Below are positions 24,616 through 34,502 of a stretch of DNA of 60,042 nt, piece after piece. Source of the DNA: a virus; IMG/VR virus record IMGVR_UViG_3300000301_000017, positions 1 to 60,042 of that record, one strand, 5' to 3'. Each line of letters starts with the position of its first letter. Position 1 is the first letter of the stretch. A model generated the notes under the pieces. The model worked only from the letters and a program-made list of their open reading frames with translations, made no database searches and was not told where the DNA came from. The position numbers and the translations under genes were made by a program.

Positions 24616-24916
24616 AGATTTTGCGGCAATATCGAGGAATCGATATTGAAAACTCCTTTAATTCATGGAAACCCCTAACGTAAAGACGAGGGCAACCATG
24701 ATCCAAGTCAAAAGCAATGAGCATTTTGAAAGGTGCAACGACTATCGAAAGCAGAAAGGGCGCTGATGAGGCGCCTTTATTTTGTAAGTAGAGTAAGGGC
24801 AAGTGCCCTGAAATGGGGAGGGCCCAAAATGGGCTGTGATATAGTCTGAACTGCTGTGAAAGCAGCAGCAGCTTAAATAGCGGTGCGGTTGTAGCGAAAC
24901 CGTACGAACAGAATTG
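24616..24916 (+). mobile_element. Group I intron 2 in terL (no ORF)
   Basis: P1 forms between exon CCGU and intron GCGG (24623..24626). The terminal G is at 24916 in gaattg. The 3' half is homologous to intron 1 (caacgactatcgaaagca, ttgtaagtagagta, gatatagtctgaactgc). Confidence 0.7.
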
Positions 24917-25701
24917 GGAATGAGCATCACTGGATTAAAAAGCGATTTTTTGATAAAGAAAGCCCCGACGTCCTCGCAATGACGACGAACTACACGTGCA
25001 ACGAGTGGCTCGATGAGGCGGACCTGCGGCTCTTTGAGACTATGAAGACGCAAAACCCGCGGCGTTACCAGGTCGCCGGCCTGGGCGAGTGGGGGATAGT
25101 TGATGGCCTAGTCTATGAAGACTGGGAAGAAAAAGCCTTTTCCGTCGATGAGATTCGCGGAAAAAAGGGCGTGCACGCAGCGTTTGGCCTCGACTTCGGC
25201 TTTACAAACGACCCAGCTGCGCTATTCTGCGGGCTTGTGGAACTCGCTACACATACCATCTGGGTGTTTGATGAGATGTACGCAAAGGGCCTTACAAACC
25301 AGCAGCTTGCAAAAAAGATCAAGGAGATGGGCTACGCCAAAGAACACATCATCGCTGATTGCGCTGAGGAAAAAAGCATCAAGGAACTGCAGGAGGCCGG
25401 GCTGCGGCGCGTGGAACCGAGCCAGAAGGGCAAGGACTCCGTTATGGCTGGCGTGCAGTACGTCCAGAACTTTCACATCATTGTGCATCCGCGGTGCGTG
25501 AACTTCCTGACGGAGCTATCCGTCTATACTTGGGAAAAAGACAAGAAGACGGGAAAATCCATCAATAAGCCTGTAGACATGAACAACCACTTGATGGACG
25601 CCATGCGATACGGAATTCAATCTGTGCGCAAGTTGTCAAGTCCACCGTCGTCGCAGGCCGTCAAAGGTAATCATCAAGATAATTACTGGGGGAGGGTGTG
25701 A
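24917..25701 (+). CDS. terL: Terminase large subunit, exon 3 (nuclease domain)
   Basis: (W)NEHHWIKKRFF...GLDFGFTNDPAA...ADCAEEKSI...NNHLMDAMRY. The three exons sum to 1314 nt, a multiple of 3. Confidence 0.8.
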
Positions 25702-25703
25702 AG

Positions 25704-27032
25704 ATGCCCAAAGAAATCGGCCGCGTAGGCCAGAAGCGATTTGCGGGGGTATTCTACGAGGAATTCCTCCCCGAGCTTTCCGGCGTACGTGGAATCGAAA
25801 CGTACAAGGAAATGGCAAACAACGATGAGATCATCTATGCGATGCTCTACGCCATCGAGATGATGCTCAGGCAGACGGAATTCCGTGTGGATCCGGCCGG
25901 CCCGAAGGACATCGATCGAGAGGCGGCGGATTTCATAGACAGCTGTCTCAACGACATGGAAATGACTTGGCAGGACACGTTGTCGGAGATTCTTTCGTTC
26001 ATTGTCTACGGTTGGAGTTATCACGAAATCGTCTATAAGCGTCGGCGCGGCCGCAGCCGGGATCCACGTTATGCAAGCAAGTATTCTGATGGCCTGATTG
26101 GCTGGCGGAAGCTGCCGATCCGCTCCCAGGACACGCTCGTGCGATGGGAGTACGACGCAAAAACTGATGAACTGATCGGGCTTACACAGGCGCCTCCGCC
26201 AAACTATACGGAGATATTCGTGCCGCTTGAAAAGGCGATGCACTTTCGCACGAAATCAAGCAAGGAAAATCCAGAGGGGCGAAGCATCTTGCGCGGGGCG
26301 TACCGCGCGTGGTACTTCAAAAAGCGTATTCAGGAAATTGAGGGCATCGGCATTGAGAGAGACCTTGCTGGTTTTCCGGTGCTTCATGCGCCGGAGGGAT
26401 CGGATATATGGGGAAGTGACGAAGAGTCTAGAATGACCCTTGCAAATGCGCAGGAAATCGTAACCTCCATCCGACGCGACACGCGAGAGGGACTTGTCCT
26501 GCCTGACGGATGGACGCTGGAGCTGCTGGCATCCGGCGGCCGGCGGAATTTTGATACAAACGCTGTCATCGAGCGCTGGGACAAGCGTATCGCGATGACG
26601 ACCCTTTCTGACTTTATTTTGCTAGGCCAGCAATCGCAGGGAAGCTTCGCCCTTTCGAGCGACAAAACAAAACTTTTCTCGACGGCACTTGGAACATATC
26701 TGGACATCATCTGCGACGTGTTCAATACGCAGGGAATCCCAAGACTTATCGAGCTAAATTCCGAGCACTTCCACGGTATCACGGATTATCCCGTGCTTGC
26801 GCACGGGGACGTGGAAAATGTAAATCTCGAGGAACTGGGATCCTTTGTGTCGCAGACGGTTGGAAGCGGCGCCCTGATGCCGGACGAGAGTCTGGATGCC
26901 TACCTGCGTCGGGCTGCATCTATGCCGGAACGCGTGGAGGACTACCCACTCGCGGAGCCTACCGCTGGCAATGGCGTGCCGGCAGCGCATCAAACGGCCG
27001 TGCAGAGCGCCGGAGAGAATCTGGAGGAATAA
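25704..27032 (+). CDS. Portal protein
   Basis: Called from size and position directly after terL and before the Mu-F/gp7-like gene. Confidence 0.75.
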   Translation: MPKEIGRVGQKRFAGVFYEEFLPELSGVRGIETYKEMANNDEIIYAMLYAIEMMLRQTEFRVDPAGPKDIDREAADFIDSCLNDMEMTWQDTLSEILSFIVYGWSYHEIVYKRRRGRSRDPRYASKYSDGLIGWRKLPIRSQDTLVRWEYDAKTDELIGLTQAPPPNYTEIFVPLEKAMHFRTKSSKENPEGRSILRGAYRAWYFKKRIQEIEGIGIERDLAGFPVLHAPEGSDIWGSDEESRMTLANAQEIVTSIRRDTREGLVLPDGWTLELLASGGRRNFDTNAVIERWDKRIAMTTLSDFILLGQQSQGSFALSSDKTKLFSTALGTYLDIICDVFNTQGIPRLIELNSEHFHGITDYPVLAHGDVENVNLEELGSFVSQTVGSGALMPDESLDAYLRRAASMPERVEDYPLAEPTAGNGVPAAHQTAVQSAGENLEE

Positions 27033-27037
27033 GCCCC

Positions 27038-27952
27038 GTGATTATGCTTTACGATGAAGTCTGTAAAGAGAGCCCACGTGCCGAAGCGCTGAAAGAGATT
27101 CGACGGTTTACGGATAAGGAAGAGCCGCAACTCATTCGGCTGCTGGCGCGGACAGTTGATGATATGCAGAACGTCGTCACCTACAAGACGATCCGCGACG
27201 CGTTGCTGTCTGGCAGCATATCGCAAAGCGCGTTGTCGGCCATCCAACTCGCTTACACAAACTTCGTTGCAAATTCACTCGTTAAGATATGGGACAAAGC
27301 ATTTCAATCGGCTGGCCGGGATATGGAGAAACGCAGGCGGGGTTTTGTGTATAACCCCTCGAGCGCGTCCATGGATCAATGGACGCAGAACCGCGCCGCA
27401 GACTTTGTGACAAACTGCACGAAGGAGACAATCGCCGGCGTGCGAGCGGCCGTGCGCCATTCCGTGTATCACGAGGCGATGGACGTCGACGAGCTGGCGC
27501 AGGCCATTCGGCCGATGGTAGGCTTAAATCTTCCACAGGTAAAGGCCAATCAAAACTATTTTAATCTGCTGATTAAAAATGGCGTCTCGAAAAAGCGTGC
27601 AACGGAAATGGCACAAAAATACGCCGAGCGCCAGCACCGCTATCGGGCACAGATGATTGCCAGAACTGAAAGCGCAATGGCGTATAACCACGCGCAGTAT
27701 GAGGCTGTGCATCAGGCCATCAGCCAGGGTTATATGGGCGCTGTAAGAAAAGTATGGTGCACTGCCGACGATGAGCGCACGTGTGGCGAATGCCGGTCGC
27801 TTGACGGACAGGAAATCGGTCTGGACGAGGATTTTGGGTTCCGTTCCAAGCTTCCGAAAAGTCACGGGATGCACCGTGTGCCGCCGGCTCATCCCCACTG
27901 CCGATGCACGGTATTATATCAAGAGGTCAGCCCGCCAAACAAAGGCGACTGA
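27038..27952 (+). CDS. Head morphogenesis protein (Mu F / SPP1 gp7 family)
   Basis: ARTESAMAYNHAQYEA ... CGECRSLDGQ ... PPAHPHCRCT. Confidence 0.85.
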   Translation: MIMLYDEVCKESPRAEALKEIRRFTDKEEPQLIRLLARTVDDMQNVVTYKTIRDALLSGSISQSALSAIQLAYTNFVANSLVKIWDKAFQSAGRDMEKRRRGFVYNPSSASMDQWTQNRAADFVTNCTKETIAGVRAAVRHSVYHEAMDVDELAQAIRPMVGLNLPQVKANQNYFNLLIKNGVSKKRATEMAQKYAERQHRYRAQMIARTESAMAYNHAQYEAVHQAISQGYMGAVRKVWCTADDERTCGECRSLDGQEIGLDEDFGFRSKLPKSHGMHRVPPAHPHCRCTVLYQEVSPPNKGD

Positions 27953-28022
27953 TTGGTTATCCCTGTTCTGTTGAAGGGCAGGGACATTTTTATGCTCAAA
28001 AACAAAGAAGCGAGGTTTAAAA

Positions 28023-28481
28023 ATGTCTGCATTTACCTTTAAAGAACTTGCAGAGCCAAAAGCAAAGCACACTTTTTCTGTATATAAGTCGGACGACGAT
28101 GAACGCCTGGTGTTTGGATGGGCGAATGTTGCTGTGCGGCAGAACGGCGAGGAGGTTGTGGATCTGCAGGAAGACAGCATTGATCCGGATGACCTTGAAG
28201 CGGCCGTATATGAGTATGTGCTGCAGTTTGGTGATGGAGGGGAGGAGCACAATCCGTCCCGCCGGCGTGTGGCGCGGCTTGTAGAGAGCTGCGTGTTTAC
28301 GCCGCAGAAACTTAATGCCATGGGACTGCCAGAAGGTAGTGTGCCGTTCGGGTGGTGGATTGGATTCCGCGTTTTGGATGACGACACCTGGGCAAAAATC
28401 AAGGACGGAACGTTCCGGATGTTCTCAATTGAGGGCACTGGGCGTCGTATTCAGGCCGCGGAAGGGGGTGAGGAAAGTTGA
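28023..28481 (+). CDS. XkdF-like protein (putative prohead protease-like)
   Basis: ERLVFGWANVA...DLQED.I....LE.A.Y.Y........HN resembles the XkdF family. Confidence 0.5.
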   Translation: MSAFTFKELAEPKAKHTFSVYKSDDDERLVFGWANVAVRQNGEEVVDLQEDSIDPDDLEAAVYEYVLQFGDGGEEHNPSRRRVARLVESCVFTPQKLNAMGLPEGSVPFGWWIGFRVLDDDTWAKIKDGTFRMFSIEGTGRRIQAAEGGEES

Positions 28482-29578
28482 GGCACAAATTAAAAGATAT
28501 CCACTTGAAGAGTGTGGATTTCTGTGGGCAGGGTGCAAACCCGGATGCATATATCCGTCTGTACAAGAGTGAAGATGGGCCGGATGGTGGCCAAGCGGCC
28601 CACAAGACAACCCTTTTGCGCGCCTGGGAGCTTTTCAAAACGGCGTTTGCCCCGATGGAATCCTCTCTTCAAAAAACTAGCGATGCGCAAACCTTTGACG
28701 GGGTTGCCCGAAATGATGAACAGGGGCGAAAACTGTATCAATACACAGATATGCTCCAAAGAAGCTTTGAAAGCATTCTCCATGATGACAGTTTGCAAGA
28801 GAACGAGAAGCGTACACTCATGATGCAGAGCTTGGATGAGTTTTCGCAGGCAATGCAGGATCTAATTACGCAAATTCTTCCCGACAATGCGGTACAAGAT
28901 CCTGTTCCCGTACAAACCGCAATCACAATGACCAAAACCCCAAATTTAGAGGATCCCCAAAAAAGGGGAAACAAAGGAGTGAAGAAAATGGATTTACTTG
29001 AAAAGTACAATCTGAAAGACTTGACTACGGAAGAGTTGACCGCCCTGCGAGACGGTATTGCAAAGTCAATTGAAAAGCACGTAGAACCGACTCAGGATCC
29101 GGTGCAGATGCCGCCGGCCGAACCGAGTTCTGAAACGATCCCGGAACCGATGCAGAAGGCAATTGACCACTGCAACGATCTATCTCGCAAGCTGGAAGAC
29201 GTGTTGGAACGCCAGGAGCGCGCGGAGCTGCTGAAGACGGCTCAGAAATACGAAGCACTCGGCGAAAAGCCGGAAGAGCTTGCAGAACGCCTGTACGACG
29301 TCAAGAAAGCCGGCAGTAAGGTGTACGATACGTGCATCGCGGCACTTGATCGAGCGCTTGACGCCGTAAAAAAGAGCGATGAGGTACTTTTTTCGGAAAT
29401 CGGTAAATCGAATCATCAGTTTGATGCGGCTTCTGGCGCCGTCGCAAAGGCACAGGAGATTGCAAAGGGCTTGATGGGTTCCGGCCTGACGTATCAGCAG
29501 GCAATGGCGAAGGCGTGGGAGCAGAATCCCGACCTCGCGGCAGAGTATCAGAAAGAATATGAAGGAGGCATGGCATAA
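28478..29578 (+). CDS. Scaffolding protein (acidic, helical)
   Basis: Called from composition and position before the capsid gene. It has a TTG start. Confidence 0.5.
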   Translation: MRHKLKDIHLKSVDFCGQGANPDAYIRLYKSEDGPDGGQAAHKTTLLRAWELFKTAFAPMESSLQKTSDAQTFDGVARNDEQGRKLYQYTDMLQRSFESILHDDSLQENEKRTLMMQSLDEFSQAMQDLITQILPDNAVQDPVPVQTAITMTKTPNLEDPQKRGNKGVKKMDLLEKYNLKDLTTEELTALRDGIAKSIEKHVEPTQDPVQMPPAEPSSETIPEPMQKAIDHCNDLSRKLEDVLERQERAELLKTAQKYEALGEKPEELAERLYDVKKAGSKVYDTCIAALDRALDAVKKSDEVLFSEIGKSNHQFDAASGAVAKAQEIAKGLMGSGLTYQQAMAKAWEQNPDLAAEYQKEYEGGMA

Positions 29579-30079
29579 ATGGCAACATATTTGACGATTC
29601 CGATTCAGAACAGCCCGACTGTTGCGGTCGAGGCGGCCGCAGAGATTGACGACGTCCGTGGCAAGGCGATCGGGTTTGACGCAAACGGAAAAGGCGTCCT
29701 GGCGACGGACCCGAGCAAAGGGGCCCTTGGTATTGCAATTCTTTCCGCTGGAGACCAGAACCGCCTGGACGGCAAAGACGGTCATGTGGAAGCTGGTCAA
29801 CAGATTGATGTACAGGTGAATGGCCAGGGCTACGCACTCGTGTCCGCGGAAGTCAAGGCGGGCGACGCGCTGACGGTAGACGGGAACGGCTGCTTTGTTA
29901 CCGCTGCGGCCGGCAATTTCGTGGTCGCTACGGCGCTTCGTCCTGCCGCGGCAAACACGTACGCGTATGTGCAGGTGACGATGTATTGTGGCGCAGCCGC
30001 GGCGACCACCTATGCGGCGGCAATTACAGGCCCTGACACGAAGACCGGCGAAACGACGACCGGTGGCAGCAAGCAGTAA
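29579..30079 (+). CDS. Head decoration/cement-like protein (DUF2190-like)
   Basis: Gly/Ala-rich beta protein between the scaffold and major capsid genes. Confidence 0.4.
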   Translation: MATYLTIPIQNSPTVAVEAAAEIDDVRGKAIGFDANGKGVLATDPSKGALGIAILSAGDQNRLDGKDGHVEAGQQIDVQVNGQGYALVSAEVKAGDALTVDGNGCFVTAAAGNFVVATALRPAAANTYAYVQVTMYCGAAAATTYAAAITGPDTKTGETTTGGSKQ

Positions 30080-30095
30080 GGAGGCATAAGACAAC

Positions 30096-31121
30096 ATGAA
30101 TCATACGACAGCAGGCGGCATCGCCTACGAGATTGCGAAGGGGAGCTTCCGGCCGAACGTCGTGCTCTCGAATCTGGCGCTTGCCTATTATCAGGATGCG
30201 AGCATGTACGTGGCAAAGCAGATGTTCCCGGTTCTTCCGGTTCAGCTTTCAACGGCTGCCTATTATGTTTTTGATAAGGGCGCACTGGCCCGCGATGACG
30301 TCCATCGCAAGCCCGCGCTCGGCCGTGTAGAGCCGACCGTTGTGAGCAACCATCTGGAGACGTACTCCGTAGACGTTGACCAGATCATCCTCGGTATTGA
30401 CGAGCTCCAGCAGACAAACTACCAGCGGCAGCCGCTGGTCGGCTCGAGCAATCCGCAGGCGTCGAAGGCGCGGGTTATCGCGGAAAAGATGCTCATCCAT
30501 CAGGACATCCTGTTTGCCAACGGCTTCTTTAAGGAGGGCGTTTGGACAAACGAGTGGACGGGCGCCGACGCGGACAACTTTGATAGCAATGAGTTTGTGA
30601 AGTTCTCTGACGCAAACTCGAATCCGATGAAGCTCTTTAAATACCTTCGCACGATGATGCGCAAGATCGGACGCCGTACGCCGAACCGCTTAGCGCTTGG
30701 CGAAAACGTGTTTAACGCATTGACCGAAAACCCGACGATCCTTTCGCATGTTATGCCTGGCGGCAGCACGGTCAACCCGGCAGAAGTCAATGAACAGGTT
30801 CTTGCAACGCTCTTCGGCGTTGAGCGCGTCGTTGTGCTGGGCTCTACGTACAACAAGGGCGACCTTGGTACAGAGGACATGGATTTCATCTGCGATCCGA
30901 ATTCTGCGCTGCTCGTTTACGCGACAAACACGCCGACCATTGACGAGCCTTCTGCCGGCTATCAGATCACGTGGGATATGCTCGCGAATGGCAACTACAT
31001 GCCGGTCCTGCAGTACCCTGGCGAAAACGGCACGCACTCGCAGTACGTTGAGGGATTGATGGCAACGACATTTAAGAAGACTGCTGATGACCTTGGCGTA
31101 TTCCTGAAGGATTGCGTTTAA
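30096..31121 (+). CDS. Major capsid protein (lambda gpE-like)
   Basis: Called from size, position and the motif FPVLPV.L..A.YY.FD. Confidence 0.7.
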   Translation: MNHTTAGGIAYEIAKGSFRPNVVLSNLALAYYQDASMYVAKQMFPVLPVQLSTAAYYVFDKGALARDDVHRKPALGRVEPTVVSNHLETYSVDVDQIILGIDELQQTNYQRQPLVGSSNPQASKARVIAEKMLIHQDILFANGFFKEGVWTNEWTGADADNFDSNEFVKFSDANSNPMKLFKYLRTMMRKIGRRTPNRLALGENVFNALTENPTILSHVMPGGSTVNPAEVNEQVLATLFGVERVVVLGSTYNKGDLGTEDMDFICDPNSALLVYATNTPTIDEPSAGYQITWDMLANGNYMPVLQYPGENGTHSQYVEGLMATTFKKTADDLGVFLKDCV

Positions 31122-31132
31122 GAGGAAGGCCT

Positions 31133-31507
31133 ATGTATATCGCGTTATATCCGGTTAGTTTTCATGGAAAAAGCTACCGCGTCGGCGATGAGATCGAAGA
31201 GGGGGCCGTACAGAATGGGCCCCGCCTGCTTCAAGCAGGCATCTTGAAGCGAAAAGAAGACGCTCCAGCATTCTGGGCACCTATTTATGAGAATGGCACA
31301 GTGTCTTGCGTTCCATTGGACCCGAAGGAAGTACAATCAGTCCTTGTCTTTTTGCAGATGCCGGCCTCTACGGCAGCACAGCAGGCGAAAGAAGTGGAAA
31401 GTATTCCATTGTTAGATTACCTCTATCAAATCGAGACGCGAAAGACAGTAAAGGAGGCGCTTGCAAAAGCGCTTTCGAATGAAAGAGTCCCAGGGGAGGG
31501 AAAGTAG
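31133..31507 (+). CDS. Hypothetical head-module protein
   Basis: ORF following the capsid gene. Confidence 0.4.
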   Translation: MYIALYPVSFHGKSYRVGDEIEEGAVQNGPRLLQAGILKRKEDAPAFWAPIYENGTVSCVPLDPKEVQSVLVFLQMPASTAAQQAKEVESIPLLDYLYQIETRKTVKEALAKALSNERVPGEGK

Positions 31508-31509
31508 AA

Positions 31510-32199
31510 ATGGCTGAATACGAGAAGATTGGTTTTGTTGATCATGTGACACCGCTGAATGCGGAAAACATGGGTCATTTGGAAGATGGGATCGCATTGG
31601 CAGTGGAAACCGCCAATGAAGCTTCGAATCTTACGATCGGAACCGTTACAAACGGTGAAACATCGAGTGCAAACATTGTAGATGGCAAACTTAATCTTGT
31701 GTTCGAGGAGCCTAAGAAAGGTGAAAAAGGCGATCCGGGCCCGGCCGGCGCTAATGGTAAGGACGGCGCACAGGGACCGGCTGGTGCCGATGGCGCGCCA
31801 GGCAAGAACGGTGCGACGTGGTATGTCGTTGCTTCTGCGCAGTCTGCTGGCGGCGCGGCGCCTGGTGGCGCTGTTGAGGGCGACTTCGTACTCGATTCGA
31901 ACGGCGCAGTTTACAAGGTCAACGCGAGCACAACGCTTGATGATACTGGTGTGAATATCAAGGGCGCGCAAGGCCCTGCGGGTGCGAATGGCGCTGACGG
32001 TAAGGACGGTGATCCGGGCCCGAAGGGCGATCCGGGAGAGACTTATACGCTGCCGGACGCGACTACTTCGGTGCGAGGTGGCGTACTGCAGGCTGAGGCG
32101 CAGGCAGACAGTGTCGCAACGGATGCAACTGGCCTGGTAACCGATTTTAATGCGCTCCTGGCTAAGCTGCGCACGGCTGGCATCCTTGCAAGCTCGTAA
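31510..32199 (+). CDS. Collagen-like (G-X-Y repeat) protein
   Basis: GEKGDPGPAGANGKDGAQGPAGADGAPGKNG and GAQGPAGANGADGKDGDPGPKGDPGE. The N-terminus VTPLNAENMGHLEDGI is fibre-like. Confidence 0.7.
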   Translation: MAEYEKIGFVDHVTPLNAENMGHLEDGIALAVETANEASNLTIGTVTNGETSSANIVDGKLNLVFEEPKKGEKGDPGPAGANGKDGAQGPAGADGAPGKNGATWYVVASAQSAGGAAPGGAVEGDFVLDSNGAVYKVNASTTLDDTGVNIKGAQGPAGANGADGKDGDPGPKGDPGETYTLPDATTSVRGGVLQAEAQADSVATDATGLVTDFNALLAKLRTAGILASS

Positions 32200-32225
32200 A
32201 AAACACATAGAAGGAGGGCGGCACC

Positions 32226-32669
32226 ATGAAGCAGGTTGAAAACACGGCCCAGCCGCAGCCGGAAGGCGCACATTATACATACAATCCGGCAGCATGCCAG
32301 GATCACGGTGTCAATCAAATGCGGCTGGAACTTGGTGACACAGCCGTTGAGGGACAAAACAAAACAGCTGTGCTTTGCGACGAGGAATATGCAGCGCTCC
32401 TGACGAACGAGACGTCCTGGAAGCGTGCAAAGCTGGCCTGCGTGGAAGCCATCCTCATGAAGCTGTCGTACGAGGTGGATACCTCCGTCGGTGGGCTGTC
32501 GTACTCGTTAAACCAGCGTGCAGATCGATGGCTAAAACTGCGAGACAAGTTAAAGCAGGAACTGTCCATTGCAGCTCCAACTGGTGACCCACGTGCCCTG
32601 CACGGTGGGCATTATTTTTACCCGAACATGCTTGCAAACCTGCGAAAGGGGCCGCCGTCATGCCACTGA
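32226..32669 (+). CDS. Head-tail connector protein (tentative)
   Basis: Called from position only. Confidence 0.35.
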   Translation: MKQVENTAQPQPEGAHYTYNPAACQDHGVNQMRLELGDTAVEGQNKTAVLCDEEYAALLTNETSWKRAKLACVEAILMKLSYEVDTSVGGLSYSLNQRADRWLKLRDKLKQELSIAAPTGDPRALHGGHYFYPNMLANLRKGPPSCH

Positions 32670-33034
32670 TTCCGGGACAGGGCACACAAGCATTTGTGTG
32701 CTATCAACGTAAGCCTGGCACAACAGAGACAGGAAGGCCGACAAAGGGCGCATATGAGCCCATCGGAACGGTGATCGGGATGCTAACAAATGCAACGCCA
32801 AAAGAGCAGCTTTTGTGGTCTCAGCAGAATCACCCGATATCACATAAACTTGTCCTCCCCATGCCGGACGCGATTCCAGAAGGCGGCGACTTTCTGACTG
32901 TCGGAGAGGACGAATCGACTCGGTACTTTTATGTGCAGGGATATGAGAACCCAGGCGACCTTTTTCACTTCGTGGTTGTTTATCTTATCGAGCGGGAGGG
33001 ATTAGATTGCCAGAGTACGAGCCCGGGGCCCTAA
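32660..33034 (+). CDS. Head closure/head-tail joining protein (tentative)
   Basis: Called from position and size. Confidence 0.4.
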   Translation: MPLIPGQGTQAFVCYQRKPGTTETGRPTKGAYEPIGTVIGMLTNATPKEQLLWSQQNHPISHKLVLPMPDAIPEGGDFLTVGEDESTRYFYVQGYENPGDLFHFVVVYLIEREGLDCQSTSPGP

Positions 33035-33441
33035 TTGCATTGCAGAAAAAGATGCACGAGCAAATTCTAAAAGAGTTGCAGAGCAGAGGTTATCGTGCCG
33101 CAAATGTGTTGCGGAACCATACGCAGAAAGTTTTAAGCGGATCCCGCAGCGGCAAGTCCTATCGAATCCGTGGGTCTGGCGGATATTATGTCGCATCAGC
33201 CCCAGGGGAGCCTCCTGCCAGTCCAACAGGACGATTCCGTAATTCCTTTACCGCAGAAAGCCGTGTGAGCCCAAGCGGCGTGCAGGCGATGGCAAAGTCG
33301 ACATATACGGTAAATGGTTATGTGCTTGGTAATCTTCTTGAGGACGGCACAAGCAAGATGGCGCCGCGTCCAATGCATGACAAGGTTATCGAAGAGTCAA
33401 AATCTGAAGTTTCCGAGATTTTTTGCAGTCCATATCTGTAA
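33007..33441 (+). CDS. HK97 gp10-like tail-component protein
   Basis: LEDGTSKMAPRPM is the family motif. Confidence 0.55.
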   Translation: MPEYEPGALIALQKKMHEQILKELQSRGYRAANVLRNHTQKVLSGSRSGKSYRIRGSGGYYVASAPGEPPASPTGRFRNSFTAESRVSPSGVQAMAKSTYTVNGYVLGNLLEDGTSKMAPRPMHDKVIEESKSEVSEIFCSPYL

Positions 33442-33453
33442 GGAGGCACGCGT

Positions 33454-34344
33454 ATGCTCGAAAAAGAAATCTATACCTGCCTGCATGAGGACGAAGAGAT
33501 CCAAACCCTTCTAGCGTCCTACGAGGGAGGAAGTGCAATCTTCCATCAGATGGTCCCTGCGGACACGGATGCCGGGTGGGATGGCGTGCAGTATCCGCGT
33601 ATTACCTACGATGTGGACACGCAGTCAAATCCAGAACGAAAAAACGCCGGCACGTTGCTCGTGTCCATCGCATGTAAAATTGACTCCACCCAGCCTGAGC
33701 CCATTGCGAAGAGGGTTCAGGCTCTTTTAGACGGTACATTATTTACCACAGATGATGGCTACACGGCCGCAGCGTCATGGAGCAGGACGGATAGTTTCAC
33801 ACAAGCAAACACAAATGCAATCCCGCAAATCTACGGAGCAGACATGGAATTTGAACTGCATGACTTCCCGTCACCGGTGCTCGTCGGGATGGATCCGCTT
33901 GCTCTTATGAACAGCTACGTGAAAAGGCTTTATCCGCAGGCCATGGTTCTGCATGTGGATACGCTTCCGGCGGTTTTCAAGCCGAAGAATGATAAGCCCG
34001 CAATTTATTGGCGTGTGCGCAGTATCGGATCCGACCAACAGATGATTCGATATGACACGAATATGGTCACTTGGATGCGGGCAAGCCTGCAGTGCCACGT
34101 GCTGGCGCCATCGACACAGACACGTACAAATTTGATTAAGGGCATAGCGGAGAGCCTATACGAAACCCGAGAGATTGCATTTCCGGATCAAAGCCCGTTT
34201 TTGGTGCGATCGCTGTCCGGAAATACCGGCGCAAGTCCATTGCGGGTCGGACAACTTACGTTAGATGGCAGCTATGGCGTCCTTCGGAAACTCGAAGGTA
34301 CACCGATTCGAAACATTTCCATGAGACAGGAGAATGGCATATGA
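33454..34344 (+). CDS. Hypothetical tail-completion-region protein
   Basis: Called from position only. Confidence 0.35.
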   Translation: MLEKEIYTCLHEDEEIQTLLASYEGGSAIFHQMVPADTDAGWDGVQYPRITYDVDTQSNPERKNAGTLLVSIACKIDSTQPEPIAKRVQALLDGTLFTTDDGYTAAASWSRTDSFTQANTNAIPQIYGADMEFELHDFPSPVLVGMDPLALMNSYVKRLYPQAMVLHVDTLPAVFKPKNDKPAIYWRVRSIGSDQQMIRYDTNMVTWMRASLQCHVLAPSTQTRTNLIKGIAESLYETREIAFPDQSPFLVRSLSGNTGASPLRVGQLTLDGSYGVLRKLEGTPIRNISMRQENGI

Positions 34345-34499
34345 GTCTTTATACGATTGAAGAGCTCGTGCAGGCGCATGAGCTCTTTTCAGAAACCCCC
34401 GACACGGTCCGTGCAGCACTGACCATGCAGGGCAAAGATAAGTTTACAAAGGCGGAAGCCGGCGTGATCATCAAGAATTTTGCAAAGAGGGAGATCTGA
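34341..34499 (+). CDS. 52-aa hypothetical protein
   Basis: ATGA-coupled ORF before the sheath gene. Confidence 0.35.
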   Translation: MSLYTIEELVQAHELFSETPDTVRAALTMQGKDKFTKAEAGVIIKNFAKREI

Positions 34500-34502
34500 T
34501 AC

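Noticed and set aside
24611-24623. The 13-nt sequence tccgtagattttg at the terL exon 2/intron 2 boundary is identical to 21541..21553 in the repeated non-coding element
   Set aside because: The match does not extend on either side and the two contexts differ (coding/P1 helix versus intergenic). I cannot distinguish chance from a shared target site, so it is not reported as a feature.
28460-28500. Possible -1 frameshift fusing the XkdF-like gene to the scaffold gene, whose N-terminus carries a KSVDF..QGANPDAYI motif often seen at the end of protease-like domains
   Set aside because: There is no X_XXY_YYZ slippery heptamer at the overlap. A TTG start overlapping the stop is sufficient to explain the arrangement.
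29180-30097. Long minus-strand ORFs (for example 29180..30097, 31426..32295, 42175..43071, 46934..47689, 25683..26243, 20256..20906) running opposite to the structural genes
   Set aside because: They lie antisense to well-supported plus-strand genes in GC-rich DNA. Their products are Arg/Cys/Pro-rich and low in complexity, and they lack RBSs. These are typical shadow ORFs.
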